From assembly GCA_964392445.1 (NCBI GenBank), contig CAYMPD010000022.1, forward strand, positions 1-16,525: 16,525 bases of DNA. The letters are read 5' to 3'. The translations under genes and the position numbers were made by a program. Below are positions 1 through 7,264 of this stretch, one piece after another. Within the stretch, counting starts at the first letter, position 1. Each line of letters starts with the position of its first letter. The notes under the pieces are model-generated. The model did not search any database and was not told the DNA's origin. It saw only the letters and a list, made by a program, of their open reading frames with translations. The DNA is from an uncultured archaeon (GTDB lineage: Archaea > Aenigmatarchaeota > Aenigmatarchaeia > CG10238-14).

Positions 1-2
1 AG

Positions 3-53
3 AAAATTGAGGAAGCAATGGATAGGATTGAAGTAATGATTAGTAAAATTTGA
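3..53 (+). CDS. 3' end of a gene entering from the left edge (KIEEAMDRIEVMISKI*); weakly resembles the C-terminal helix of class I/II PLP aminotransferases
   Basis: Only frame 3 is open from the edge to a stop (TGA 51-53), and it is followed by an AT-rich intergenic stretch. The product guess rests on 16 residues and is weak. Confidence 0.45.
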   Translation, partial: KIEEAMDRIEVMISKI

Positions 54-72
54 GATTATTATATATTTTAGT

Positions 73-84
73 AAAAATAAAAAA
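73..84 (-). terminator. Oligo-T tract (TTTTTTATTTTT on the - strand), candidate archaeal intrinsic terminator
   Basis: Lies about 12 nt downstream of the TAA of the 97-375 gene, between convergent genes. Confidence 0.35.
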
Positions 85-96
85 TTAGAGGAATTA

Positions 97-375
97 TTAA
101 CTAACAGGCCTAGGTCCGCGTCTTTGATACATCTCTCCAAACCCATCTTCAACAACTTTTAAAGTTCCGCCTTCTACCATAAGGTCTAAAACAGTTGAAA
201 TTTGCTCAAGAGTATAATCTTCTCCCTGCCTATTCAAAGCAACACGGATTCCATTTTTTCCCCTTCCACGCTCTAAAACGTCATATACCTTTCCTGCTAA
301 TTCTGTGACTTCCGCATCGTACATCCTATCCGGAACACTAACATCACCAATATAATCCCCACCACCAACAGACAT
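97..375 (-). CDS. Hypothetical protein, about 92 aa, possibly a winged-helix-like fold
   Basis: ORF with GGTGA SD (384-380) 4 nt before the ATG at 375 (the track starts at TTG 378). A TATA-like TTTATTT lies at 412-406. No family recognised. Confidence 0.65.
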   Translation of the reverse strand: MSVGGGDYIGDVSVPDRMYDAEVTELAGKVYDVLERGRGKNGIRVALNRQGEDYTLEQISTVLDLMVEGGTLKVVEDGFGEMYQRRGPRPVS

Positions 376-418
376 CAAATCACCATTAATAAATTATCGA
401 TAAAGAAATAAATTCTAG

Positions 419-439
419 ATTTTCTACTAAATAGAAAAT
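419..439. promoter_or_regulatory. Inverted repeat ATTTTCTA-CTAAA-TAGAAAAT (operator or terminator hairpin)
   Basis: Perfect 8-bp arms with a 5-nt spacer, in the gap between the 444-920 stop and the 97-375 promoter. A near-copy lies at 6641-6660. Confidence 0.5.
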
Positions 440-443
440 TCCC

Positions 444-920
444 CTAACAAAGTATATCCCTAAAATCTCCAGTTAAACTTATTTTATTGGTCTTACCATG
501 TTTATCTTTCGTTATTATCCCCCTTTTCCTGAGTCCTCCCAAAGTTCTATATGTTTTCACTTTTCCAAATTTTCTTGATAACTTGCTCTGAAGAATTTCA
601 CCTTTATTTTCAACTATCTTTTCTAATATTTTTCTCTCATCGTTTTGAAGCAATTCTAAAAGTTTTCTTGCGTCCAATGTAGATTGTCTTTCGGTCTCCT
701 TTAACCTCGAGGACATTAGATAGTAAACAAATGACCCCACAAAAACACCAAGCGAAGAAAAGGTTGGGATAAGAACAGGTATAGGTAATGTACAAGAACA
801 GGCAGAACCGCCAACTATATGTGTCTGGGCATAAAGCGTAGCAAAAGATACTCCAAAAATAAATCCAGTTATCAGCATCGTTCCAATAACTATTTTTCTG
901 TTCAAATTCATAGGTTTCAT
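444..920 (-). CDS. Membrane-anchored winged helix-turn-helix protein (COG2512-like, MarR-type HTH)
   Basis: Two N-terminal hydrophobic segments, then ERKILEKIVENKGEILQSKLSRKFGKVKTYRTLGGLRKRGIITKDKHGKTNKISL, which has a typical wHTH pattern with a wing. Confidence 0.8.
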   Translation of the reverse strand: MKPMNLNRKIVIGTMLITGFIFGVSFATLYAQTHIVGGSACSCTLPIPVLIPTFSSLGVFVGSFVYYLMSSRLKETERQSTLDARKLLELLQNDERKILEKIVENKGEILQSKLSRKFGKVKTYRTLGGLRKRGIITKDKHGKTNKISLTGDFRDILC

Positions 921-934
921 CTCTCGTAACCAAG

Positions 935-963
935 TTATATATATGGTTTCATTATATTTAATA
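935..963. promoter_or_regulatory. Divergent TATA-box region for the wHTH gene (-) and the malic enzyme operon (+)
   Basis: TTATATATAT at 935-944 lies about 20 nt from the ATG at 920. TTATATTTAATA at 952-963 lies about 30 nt before the ATG at 994. Confidence 0.45.
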
Positions 964-993
964 GAATACTTTAGTTTTAAAAAGGTTATCGAG

Positions 994-2283
994 ATGGATG
1001 AAGAACTAAATAAAGAAGCTCTGGATAAACATAAGTCTTATCAGGGAAAAATTGAAGTGATCCCCAAATGTCCGATTAAGAATTTAGAGGATTTTAGTTT
1101 ATGGTATACTCCGGGAGTTGCTGCTGTTTCTCGAAAAATTAAAGAAAATAAGGATTCTGTCTTTGACTACACAAATAAATGGAATAATGTTGCTGTCGTC
1201 AGTGACGGTTCACGAGTTCTAGGTCTAGGGGATGTTGGTCCATATGCAGGATTACCAGTAATGGAAGGAAAGTGTTTACTTTTCAAATACCTCGGAGGAG
1301 TAGATGCTTTCCCAATTTGTCTTAACACCAAAGATCCAAAAGAAATCATAAAAATAGTTAAATCAATTCAACCTACATTCGGCGGAATAAATTTAGAAGA
1401 TATTAGCAAGCCAAAATGCTTTGAAATCTTGGATAGTTTAAGAAAAGATTCTGATATTCCAGTTTGGCATGATGACCAACAAGGAACTGCTACAGTAATT
1501 CTAGCAGGACTGATAAACGCACTAAAAATTGTGGGTAAAAAGATGAATGATATTAACTTAACAATAGTGGGTGCTGGCGCGGCGGGCATGAAAACCACTG
1601 AATTACTAATCGAAGCCGGAGTTGATCCCAAAAAAACACTAGTAGTAGATACTGAAGGAATATTAAACGCAAACAGATCCGATCTTGAGAATAGTTATAA
1701 ATGGGGAATTTGCTTGAAAACTAATCCTGAAGGAAAAGAAGGGGGTATATCCAATGCTCTAAAAGGTTCTGATGTTTGCATATCTTTATCAAGACCTGGA
1801 CCAGATGTTATCAAAAAAGAATGGGTGTCAAATATGTCTGATGACTCTATTGTTTTTGCATGTGCTAATCCTGTTCCTGAAATACTCCCCAAAGACGCGA
1901 AAGAGGGTGGTGCAAGAATAGTTGCTACAGGTAGATCTGACTTCCCAAACCAAATCAACAATTCACTTGGTTTTCCTGGAATATTCCGTGGTGTCTTGGA
2001 TGTAAGAGCAGAAAAAATAACTGATACTATGTGCTTAAAGGCTTCTCATGAGATTGCAAAGTTCGCGGAAGAAAAGGGATTAAAGGAAAATTATATTGTA
2101 CCAAATATGAGCGAATGGAAACTCTATCCAAGAGTGGCCGTGACCGTAGGTATGGAAGCAATGAAGAAAAATATTGCAAAGAAAAAGATAAGAAAACAAG
2201 AACTTTATGAAACCTCGGGTTCGATAATTAAAAGATCAAGAGAAATCATGAAAGTGATGATGGAGAAAGGTTTAATAGAGTAA
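994..2283 (+). CDS. mae: NAD(P)-dependent malic enzyme
   Basis: Motifs YTPGVA, SDGSRVLGLG, INLEDI, WHDDQQGTA, GAGAAG, FACANPVPEI and ATGRSDFPNQINN. Start placed at ATG 994 (M18 of the track ORF) because the first 17 codons run through the TATA region. Confidence 0.95.
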   Translation: MDEELNKEALDKHKSYQGKIEVIPKCPIKNLEDFSLWYTPGVAAVSRKIKENKDSVFDYTNKWNNVAVVSDGSRVLGLGDVGPYAGLPVMEGKCLLFKYLGGVDAFPICLNTKDPKEIIKIVKSIQPTFGGINLEDISKPKCFEILDSLRKDSDIPVWHDDQQGTATVILAGLINALKIVGKKMNDINLTIVGAGAAGMKTTELLIEAGVDPKKTLVVDTEGILNANRSDLENSYKWGICLKTNPEGKEGGISNALKGSDVCISLSRPGPDVIKKEWVSNMSDDSIVFACANPVPEILPKDAKEGGARIVATGRSDFPNQINNSLGFPGIFRGVLDVRAEKITDTMCLKASHEIAKFAEEKGLKENYIVPNMSEWKLYPRVAVTVGMEAMKKNIAKKKIRKQELYETSGSIIKRSREIMKVMMEKGLIE

Positions 2284-2307
2284 TTAATCAAATTAAAAGG
2301 GAGAAAA

Positions 2308-3582
2308 ATGAATCTCGACAAAGTCATGAAATCAGAAAGAATAAAGCAAGGAAAAGAAATGGTTAAAATAGCTACTGTTAATTATACGAAAAACCGAGCA
2401 GATTCCCTGAAGAAAATAAATAAGAAAGAATTCAAGGAAAGAATAAGAAAAATAAAAGAATATTCAATCTCTAACCTAGAGAAACTGAAAAAAGAGACGA
2501 TAAAAAATCTAGAAGAAAGACATGTAAAAGTTTTCGAGGCAAAGGATGCAAAAGAAGCCAGAAAAATAGCTCTAAAATTAATCCCAGAAAAAGAACTAAT
2601 TGTAAAATCAAAATCCAACACTATCAAAGAAATATGTCTCCTTGAAAAACTGGAAGGAAGAAATGAATACTGGGAAACTGATTGTGGAGATTTTATCGTT
2701 CAAGTAACAGAAGAACATGGAGTTCATTGTGTTTCCCCTTCTTTACATATACCCATGGAAAAGATTGTGAAGAAAATTAAAGAGAAGTTTAATGATAAAG
2801 TGAAACCTGATCCAAAAGCTGTAACAAAATGGGTCAGGGAATTTTTAAGAGAGAAATTAATCAAAGCTAAAATTGGTTTAACTGGTGCTAATTTTATTTC
2901 TGCCGACGGTGCGATATTCATAGTCGAGAATGAAGGTAATATTTCCTTAGTTACAAAACTTCCTGAAAAACACATAATTTTCGCAGGGATAGATAAAATT
3001 GTTCCAACGGCCGAAGATGGCATGACTCTTTCAAAGGCTGCTGGAATTTGGGGAAGTGGTGTGACCATGCCTGGTTGTGTTAATGTAATTGGTTCTCCTA
3101 GTAAAACTGCCGACATACAAAAAAAGCTAGTCTGGGGAATGCATGGGGCAAAAGAAGTTTACTTGATACTGATAGACAATGGTAGAAAAGAAATGATTAA
3201 ACAAGGATTTGGGGAATTACTTTATTGTATTAACTGTGGTGCTTGTTTGTATCCATGTCCTGTTTATAGAAATATTCTTGATAATTATGGTTTACATTAC
3301 TTTGGTGGGAGAGGTATAGGAATGACAGTATTTCAGGAAAGTTTGAAAAAAGGATTTGATAGAGGACTGTATTATTGCACGGGTTGTGAACTATGTAAAG
3401 AGAATTGCCCTATGGAAATTAATGTTCCTGAATTTGTCAAGAAATTAAGAGAAAAAGCTGTGAAAAAGAATTTAGAAACGGATGTTAACTCAAAGATGAT
3501 GGCGAATGTTAGAACAAGCGGTAATCCATTTGGTGAGGATGTTAAAGAAGGTGAAATTCCGGATAAATTGTATTGTTGTTAG
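2308..3582 (+). CDS. lutB: LutB/LldF-like LUD-domain protein with two 4Fe-4S motifs
   Basis: ETDCGDFIVQ, GLTGANF..ENEGN and SPSKTADIQKKLVWGMHGAKEVYLILIDNGR, plus CINCGACLYPCPVY and CTGCELCKENCP. Purine-rich SD upstream. The substrate is not established. Confidence 0.85.
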   Translation: MNLDKVMKSERIKQGKEMVKIATVNYTKNRADSLKKINKKEFKERIRKIKEYSISNLEKLKKETIKNLEERHVKVFEAKDAKEARKIALKLIPEKELIVKSKSNTIKEICLLEKLEGRNEYWETDCGDFIVQVTEEHGVHCVSPSLHIPMEKIVKKIKEKFNDKVKPDPKAVTKWVREFLREKLIKAKIGLTGANFISADGAIFIVENEGNISLVTKLPEKHIIFAGIDKIVPTAEDGMTLSKAAGIWGSGVTMPGCVNVIGSPSKTADIQKKLVWGMHGAKEVYLILIDNGRKEMIKQGFGELLYCINCGACLYPCPVYRNILDNYGLHYFGGRGIGMTVFQESLKKGFDRGLYYCTGCELCKENCPMEINVPEFVKKLREKAVKKNLETDVNSKMMANVRTSGNPFGEDVKEGEIPDKLYCC

Positions 3583-3592
3583 GTGATTAATT

Positions 3593-4075
3593 ATGGCAAG
3601 ATTTATTTCAACAACCAATTGCTACATAGAAAGGGATGGAAAATATCTAATGTTTCATAGATCCAAAGATAAAGAAAAATTCCCAGATTGTTGGATGGGG
3701 CCTGGGGGTAAACAAGAACCCGAAGAATCTGTAATAGAAACTTGTATAAGGGAAGTTAAAGAAGAAACTGGATTGGATATAAAAAATCCTGATCTAAAGA
3801 TAGTGGCTACAACCTATTACCCCCACAAAGAAAAAGTTTATACGGTTTTTATATTCACAGCTAAATATCAATCAGGAAAAGTCAAGGAAATTGATGATGG
3901 GGAATTAGCTTGGGTTGATAAAGAAAAAATAATAAAATTAGAGAATCTACATCCAGATTTAAAATGGCATATTCCTATACTACTGCAAAGCAGGGAAGAT
4001 ATTATTTTTACTCATACCGAGTATGATGAAAGAGGGGAAGCTTTAAAACATAGGCTAATTGGTGGGGAATTATGA
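3593..4075 (+). CDS. Nudix hydrolase (MutT-like)
   Basis: Nudix box GGKQEPEESVIETCIREVKEETGL; GGTGA SD at 3583-3587. Confidence 0.92.
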   Translation: MARFISTTNCYIERDGKYLMFHRSKDKEKFPDCWMGPGGKQEPEESVIETCIREVKEETGLDIKNPDLKIVATTYYPHKEKVYTVFIFTAKYQSGKVKEIDDGELAWVDKEKIIKLENLHPDLKWHIPILLQSREDIIFTHTEYDERGEALKHRLIGGEL

Positions 4076-4668
4076 TAACTACGATAATATTTGATGTTGG
4101 AGGAGTTTTTGTTAAAGGTAAATCTGAAGATTTCTTTAGAAAATCAGCTGAATTTTTAGATTTAGATCCTGAAAAAAACCATATTGATAAAAAAGTTTGG
4201 GACGATCTCATGAGGGGTACGGTTTCTCTTCGAGATTTTGTCAGAAAGGTTCTTGGAGTTACTGTTCCTGAGGGAAAAGTAGATGATTTGTTAAAAATAT
4301 GGTTCAATAACTGGACTTTAGATCCGGAAATGGTTGAATTTGCTAAAAAGTTGAAAAAAAATTATAAAATGTATGTTTTATCCAATGTAGATGGGGAAAG
4401 TAATAGAAAATTTGGACGTCATAAAATGCAGTTGGACTTTTTCGATCGCGTATTTCTCTCGTTTGAAATAGGAATGATTAAACCTGATAGAGAAATCTAC
4501 GAATATGTACTAAAAGAAATAAACGAAGAGCCCGAAAACTGTGTATTCATAGATGATAGACCTGAAAACATTGAAGGTGCTGAGATGGTTGGTATTCAGG
4601 GGATAGTGTTTGGGAATAAAGAACAACTTAAAAATGAATTAAAGAAGTTGGGTGTAAAGGTGGATTGA
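4072..4668 (+). CDS. HAD-superfamily phosphatase (YihX/HAD-IA-like)
   Basis: Motif I FDVGGV, motif II LSN, motif III KP and motif IV FIDD; ATGA overlap with the Nudix stop. Confidence 0.92.
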   Translation: MITTIIFDVGGVFVKGKSEDFFRKSAEFLDLDPEKNHIDKKVWDDLMRGTVSLRDFVRKVLGVTVPEGKVDDLLKIWFNNWTLDPEMVEFAKKLKKNYKMYVLSNVDGESNRKFGRHKMQLDFFDRVFLSFEIGMIKPDREIYEYVLKEINEEPENCVFIDDRPENIEGAEMVGIQGIVFGNKEQLKNELKKLGVKVD

Positions 4669-5904
4669 ATGAAAAAATTGATTATAACAACACTAATAAT
4701 ATTGCCTTTGGTATTAACCCTAGTTAATGCTCAAGATATTGTTTGCGTTTATTTGTTCTATGGTAAAAATTGTCCTCATTGTGCTCAGGAAAAAAACTTC
4801 CTAGATAGTTTGTCTGATAAATATCCAGTGGAGATTCATGACTTTGAAATATATTTTGACAATGATAACAGAAAATTATTTGAAGAAGTTTCTGAAGCCT
4901 ATAGTACCAAAATGGGAGGGGTTCCAATGACATTTATAGGAGACAAAGCTTTTGTCGGGTTTTCTGAGGGCAATACCGAAATGTTTGACGAAGGTTATAA
5001 TGCATACATAGGTTATAGTGGTTTACTCGAGAAAACAATAAGAGAATACTCCGAGCAAGGAGGTGTTAATTGTCCGTTAAAAAACGAACATACAACCACA
5101 AGCCAACAACCAGAAACCACAACCACTCAAGAAAATACACAAACTACAATCGATTTTCCAGTAACACCAATAGAAAACAAAACAGATGACACAGTATCAA
5201 TACCTATATTCGGTGAAATGAGTTTGAATCTACCAATACCTTTGATAGGAATGATTTTAGGAGTAATGGACGGTGGATTTAACCCATGTGCCTTGTCAGT
5301 ATTATTTTTCTTGGTAGCTTATCTAATGACTCTTGGTTCTAAAAAGAAGACATTATCTATAGGTTTAACATTCTCTCTGGTAGTTTTCTTGGTTTACTTC
5401 TCATTTATGTATGGTATAATCAATGTAATCTCAGTAGTAGGTTATTTAGGAATAATTAAAAGAGTAGTAAGTGTTGTGATAATACTCGCTGGAATAATAG
5501 AGATAAAGGATTTCTTTTTTTATGGTAAGTGGTTTTCATTAGAGATTCCAAAGTTCGCTAAACCTGTTATAGAAAGATTAGTCAAATCTGCCACGATACC
5601 GTCAGCGATCGTTCTTGGGTTTTTCGTAAGTTTAGTTGAGATACCATGTGCGGGTGCTTTTCCATTCATTTATCTTACTATGTTGGCTGAAAGAGTTAGT
5701 GGGGGGATGGTGGTTGTTTATTTACTTTGGTATAATGTGTTCTTTGTCCTTCCTTTGATAACATTGACAACAATATTTTATCTGGGTTGGATGAAGGTAG
5801 AAAAGGCAGAAGAAAGTAGATTGAAAGCTAGAAAGTGGATGAGATTGATGGCAGGACTGATAATGATAATTTTAGGTCTCGCAATGTTTTTTAGGGTGAT
5901 ATAA
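4669..5904 (+). CDS. Exported thioredoxin/glutaredoxin domain (CPHC) fused through a Thr/Gln-rich linker to a CcdA/DsbD-beta-type transmembrane electron-transfer domain
   Basis: Signal-like N-terminus, YLFYGKNCPHC, the linker HTTTSQQPETTTTQENTQTT, and about 6 TM helices carrying FNPCAL and VEIPCAG (the two conserved Pro-Cys sites). Confidence 0.85.
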   Translation: MKKLIITTLIILPLVLTLVNAQDIVCVYLFYGKNCPHCAQEKNFLDSLSDKYPVEIHDFEIYFDNDNRKLFEEVSEAYSTKMGGVPMTFIGDKAFVGFSEGNTEMFDEGYNAYIGYSGLLEKTIREYSEQGGVNCPLKNEHTTTSQQPETTTTQENTQTTIDFPVTPIENKTDDTVSIPIFGEMSLNLPIPLIGMILGVMDGGFNPCALSVLFFLVAYLMTLGSKKKTLSIGLTFSLVVFLVYFSFMYGIINVISVVGYLGIIKRVVSVVIILAGIIEIKDFFFYGKWFSLEIPKFAKPVIERLVKSATIPSAIVLGFFVSLVEIPCAGAFPFIYLTMLAERVSGGMVVVYLLWYNVFFVLPLITLTTIFYLGWMKVEKAEESRLKARKWMRLMAGLIMIILGLAMFFRVI

Positions 5905-6642
5905 ATGGGTTTATTTGATAAATTAATCGGAGGGAACACACTTTACTATCCGGGATGTTTGACCAAGTTTGTGATGAGAGATTTAAAAGAAAATTATGAG
6001 AAGGTTCTTAGAAAGTCAGGAATAGATTTCATTAAACTTAAAGACTTAGAGGTATGTTGTGGATCACCCATATTGAATGCTGGTTATGAAAAGGACTTTG
6101 AAACACTTGCTAGAAAAAATCTGGAAATATTCAAAAAACATACGGTGAAGAAAATAATCACATCCTGTCCTGCTTGCTATAAGACCTTTAAACAAGACTA
6201 CAAAGAAGTTCTTGGAGAAGACTGGGATGTTGAGGTTGAACATATCACACAAACAATTGCTAAAGCCTTGAAATCTGGTAAACTAAAAGTCAAAAAAGGT
6301 AAAGGTAAACTTACTTATCATGATCCTTGTCACTTGGGAAGACATTCAGGAATTTACGATGAACCTAGAGAGATACTAAAATTATTAGGTTATGAAATAG
6401 TTGAAATGAAAAATAGTCGTGAGCAAGCCTCTTGCTGCGGCGGGGGTGGTGGAGTAAGATCTAATTATCCTGAATTAACAACTGCTATAACTAAAGATGT
6501 ACTTGGAGAAGCTAAAGATACTCAAACTTCTGTGCTTGTGACTACTTGTCCTATGTGTGATGCTTGTTTTCTTCAGGCTGCTAAAGATTCTGGGATGAAT
6601 GTTAAAGAATTGTCTGAATTGATTGTTGAGAAAATGCAATGA
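5905..6642 (+). CDS. Tandem CCG-domain (Fe-S)-binding protein (HdrD/GlpC/LutA-like)
   Basis: YYPGC, CCGSP, SCPACY, YHDPCHLGR, CCGGGGG and TCPMC; its ATG directly follows the previous TAA. Confidence 0.92.
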   Translation: MGLFDKLIGGNTLYYPGCLTKFVMRDLKENYEKVLRKSGIDFIKLKDLEVCCGSPILNAGYEKDFETLARKNLEIFKKHTVKKIITSCPACYKTFKQDYKEVLGEDWDVEVEHITQTIAKALKSGKLKVKKGKGKLTYHDPCHLGRHSGIYDEPREILKLLGYEIVEMKNSREQASCCGGGGGVRSNYPELTTAITKDVLGEAKDTQTSVLVTTCPMCDACFLQAAKDSGMNVKELSELIVEKMQ

Positions 6643-6643
6643 T

Positions 6644-6660
6644 TTTCTATTGTATAGAAA
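6644..6660. promoter_or_regulatory. Inverted repeat TTTCTAT-TGT-ATAGAAA (operator or terminator hairpin)
   Basis: Perfect 7-bp arms just after the CCG-gene stop and about 9 nt before TTAAATA (6670-6676). Confidence 0.5.
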
Positions 6661-6668
6661 TCCACCTA

Positions 6669-6677
6669 ATTAAATAG
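6669..6677 (+). promoter_or_regulatory. TATA box for the 6708-6854 microprotein (probably leaderless)
   Basis: ATTAAATAG about 30 nt upstream of ATG 6708; no SD is present. Confidence 0.4.
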
Positions 6678-6707
6678 TTAAAAAACCATATCTAATGACA
6701 GATATCA

Positions 6708-6854
6708 ATGTTTGAATCGGAGAGATGTGAAGAGTGCGGGGGAAGTAATTACACTTATTCCACTGAATGGAAAAAAGACCACTGGATATGGAAAAAAATC
6801 TGTAAGAGTTGTGAAGCAGTTGTTGAAAAGGAAGAAGTAGACTGGAAACGTTAA
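6708..6854 (+). CDS. 48-aa zinc-ribbon microprotein (not in the ORF track)
   Basis: Hand translation MFESERCEECGGSNYTYSTEWKKDHWIWKKICKSCEAVVEKEEVDWKR*. It has CxxCG and CxxC, fills the intergenic gap and has a TATA box upstream. Confidence 0.8.
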   Translation: MFESERCEECGGSNYTYSTEWKKDHWIWKKICKSCEAVVEKEEVDWKR

Positions 6855-6856
6855 TT

Positions 6857-7264
6857 CTATTGCCGAATACTTACTGTTTTAACCTTAGTTAAAGAAATAT
6901 CTCCAAAAATAACCTCTGCTGTTATATCATAATCACCCTCCCTTATCCCACCACAAACATTGCATCTTGGTAAATGAAAAGAAAAAGAAACCTCATTCAA
7001 ACCTTCTGTTAGTTCAATAGTCCTTTCCTGATTTAACCTTCCATTTATTCCGCTAACTTTAACTGTGACATTCTCAATATTAGCATCGGATTCAACAATA
7101 GCCTTAATCTTCATAAGTTCAGAAGAATGATAAACTTCTCTGTTTGTAATTACATTCTCTAAAGAAATAGTTCCTTGATTTATTTGACTTGTGCAGCCCG
7201 AGAGAGAGAGTATTAGTAAAAATCCAGATATCATTAAAAATTCGTTTAATTTCATTTCCTTCAT
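6857..7264 (-). CDS. Putative lipoprotein with a beta-rich (Ig-like) domain and one CxxC
   Basis: Hydrophobic stretch ending in the lipobox-like LSGC, alternating beta-strand patterns, and PRCNVCGG; ATGA overlap with the upstream microprotein. Confidence 0.75.
   Translation of the reverse strand: MKEMKLNEFLMISGFLLILSLSGCTSQINQGTISLENVITNREVYHSSELMKIKAIVESDANIENVTVKVSGINGRLNQERTIELTEGLNEVSFSFHLPRCNVCGGIREGDYDITAEVIFGDISLTKVKTVSIRQ

Noticed and set aside
419-439. Resemblance of ATTTTCTACTAAATAGA to Cas12a-type repeat stems (AATTTCTACT..GTAGAT)
   Set aside because: Only two imperfect copies 6.2 kb apart, with no spacers, no array periodicity and no cas genes; not a CRISPR.
943-993. Longer malic enzyme start at ATG 943 given by the ORF track
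   Set aside because: The extra 17 codons run through the AT-rich TATA region and do not resemble malic enzyme; ATG 994 fits the promoter spacing.
637-6252. Alternative-frame and antisense ORFs 637-933, 1167-1349, 1368-1631, 1695-1961, 2382-2627, 2724-3116, 4008-4307, 4724-4933 and 6064-6252
   Set aside because: All lie within well-supported genes, lack motifs and SDs, and have shadow-frame composition.
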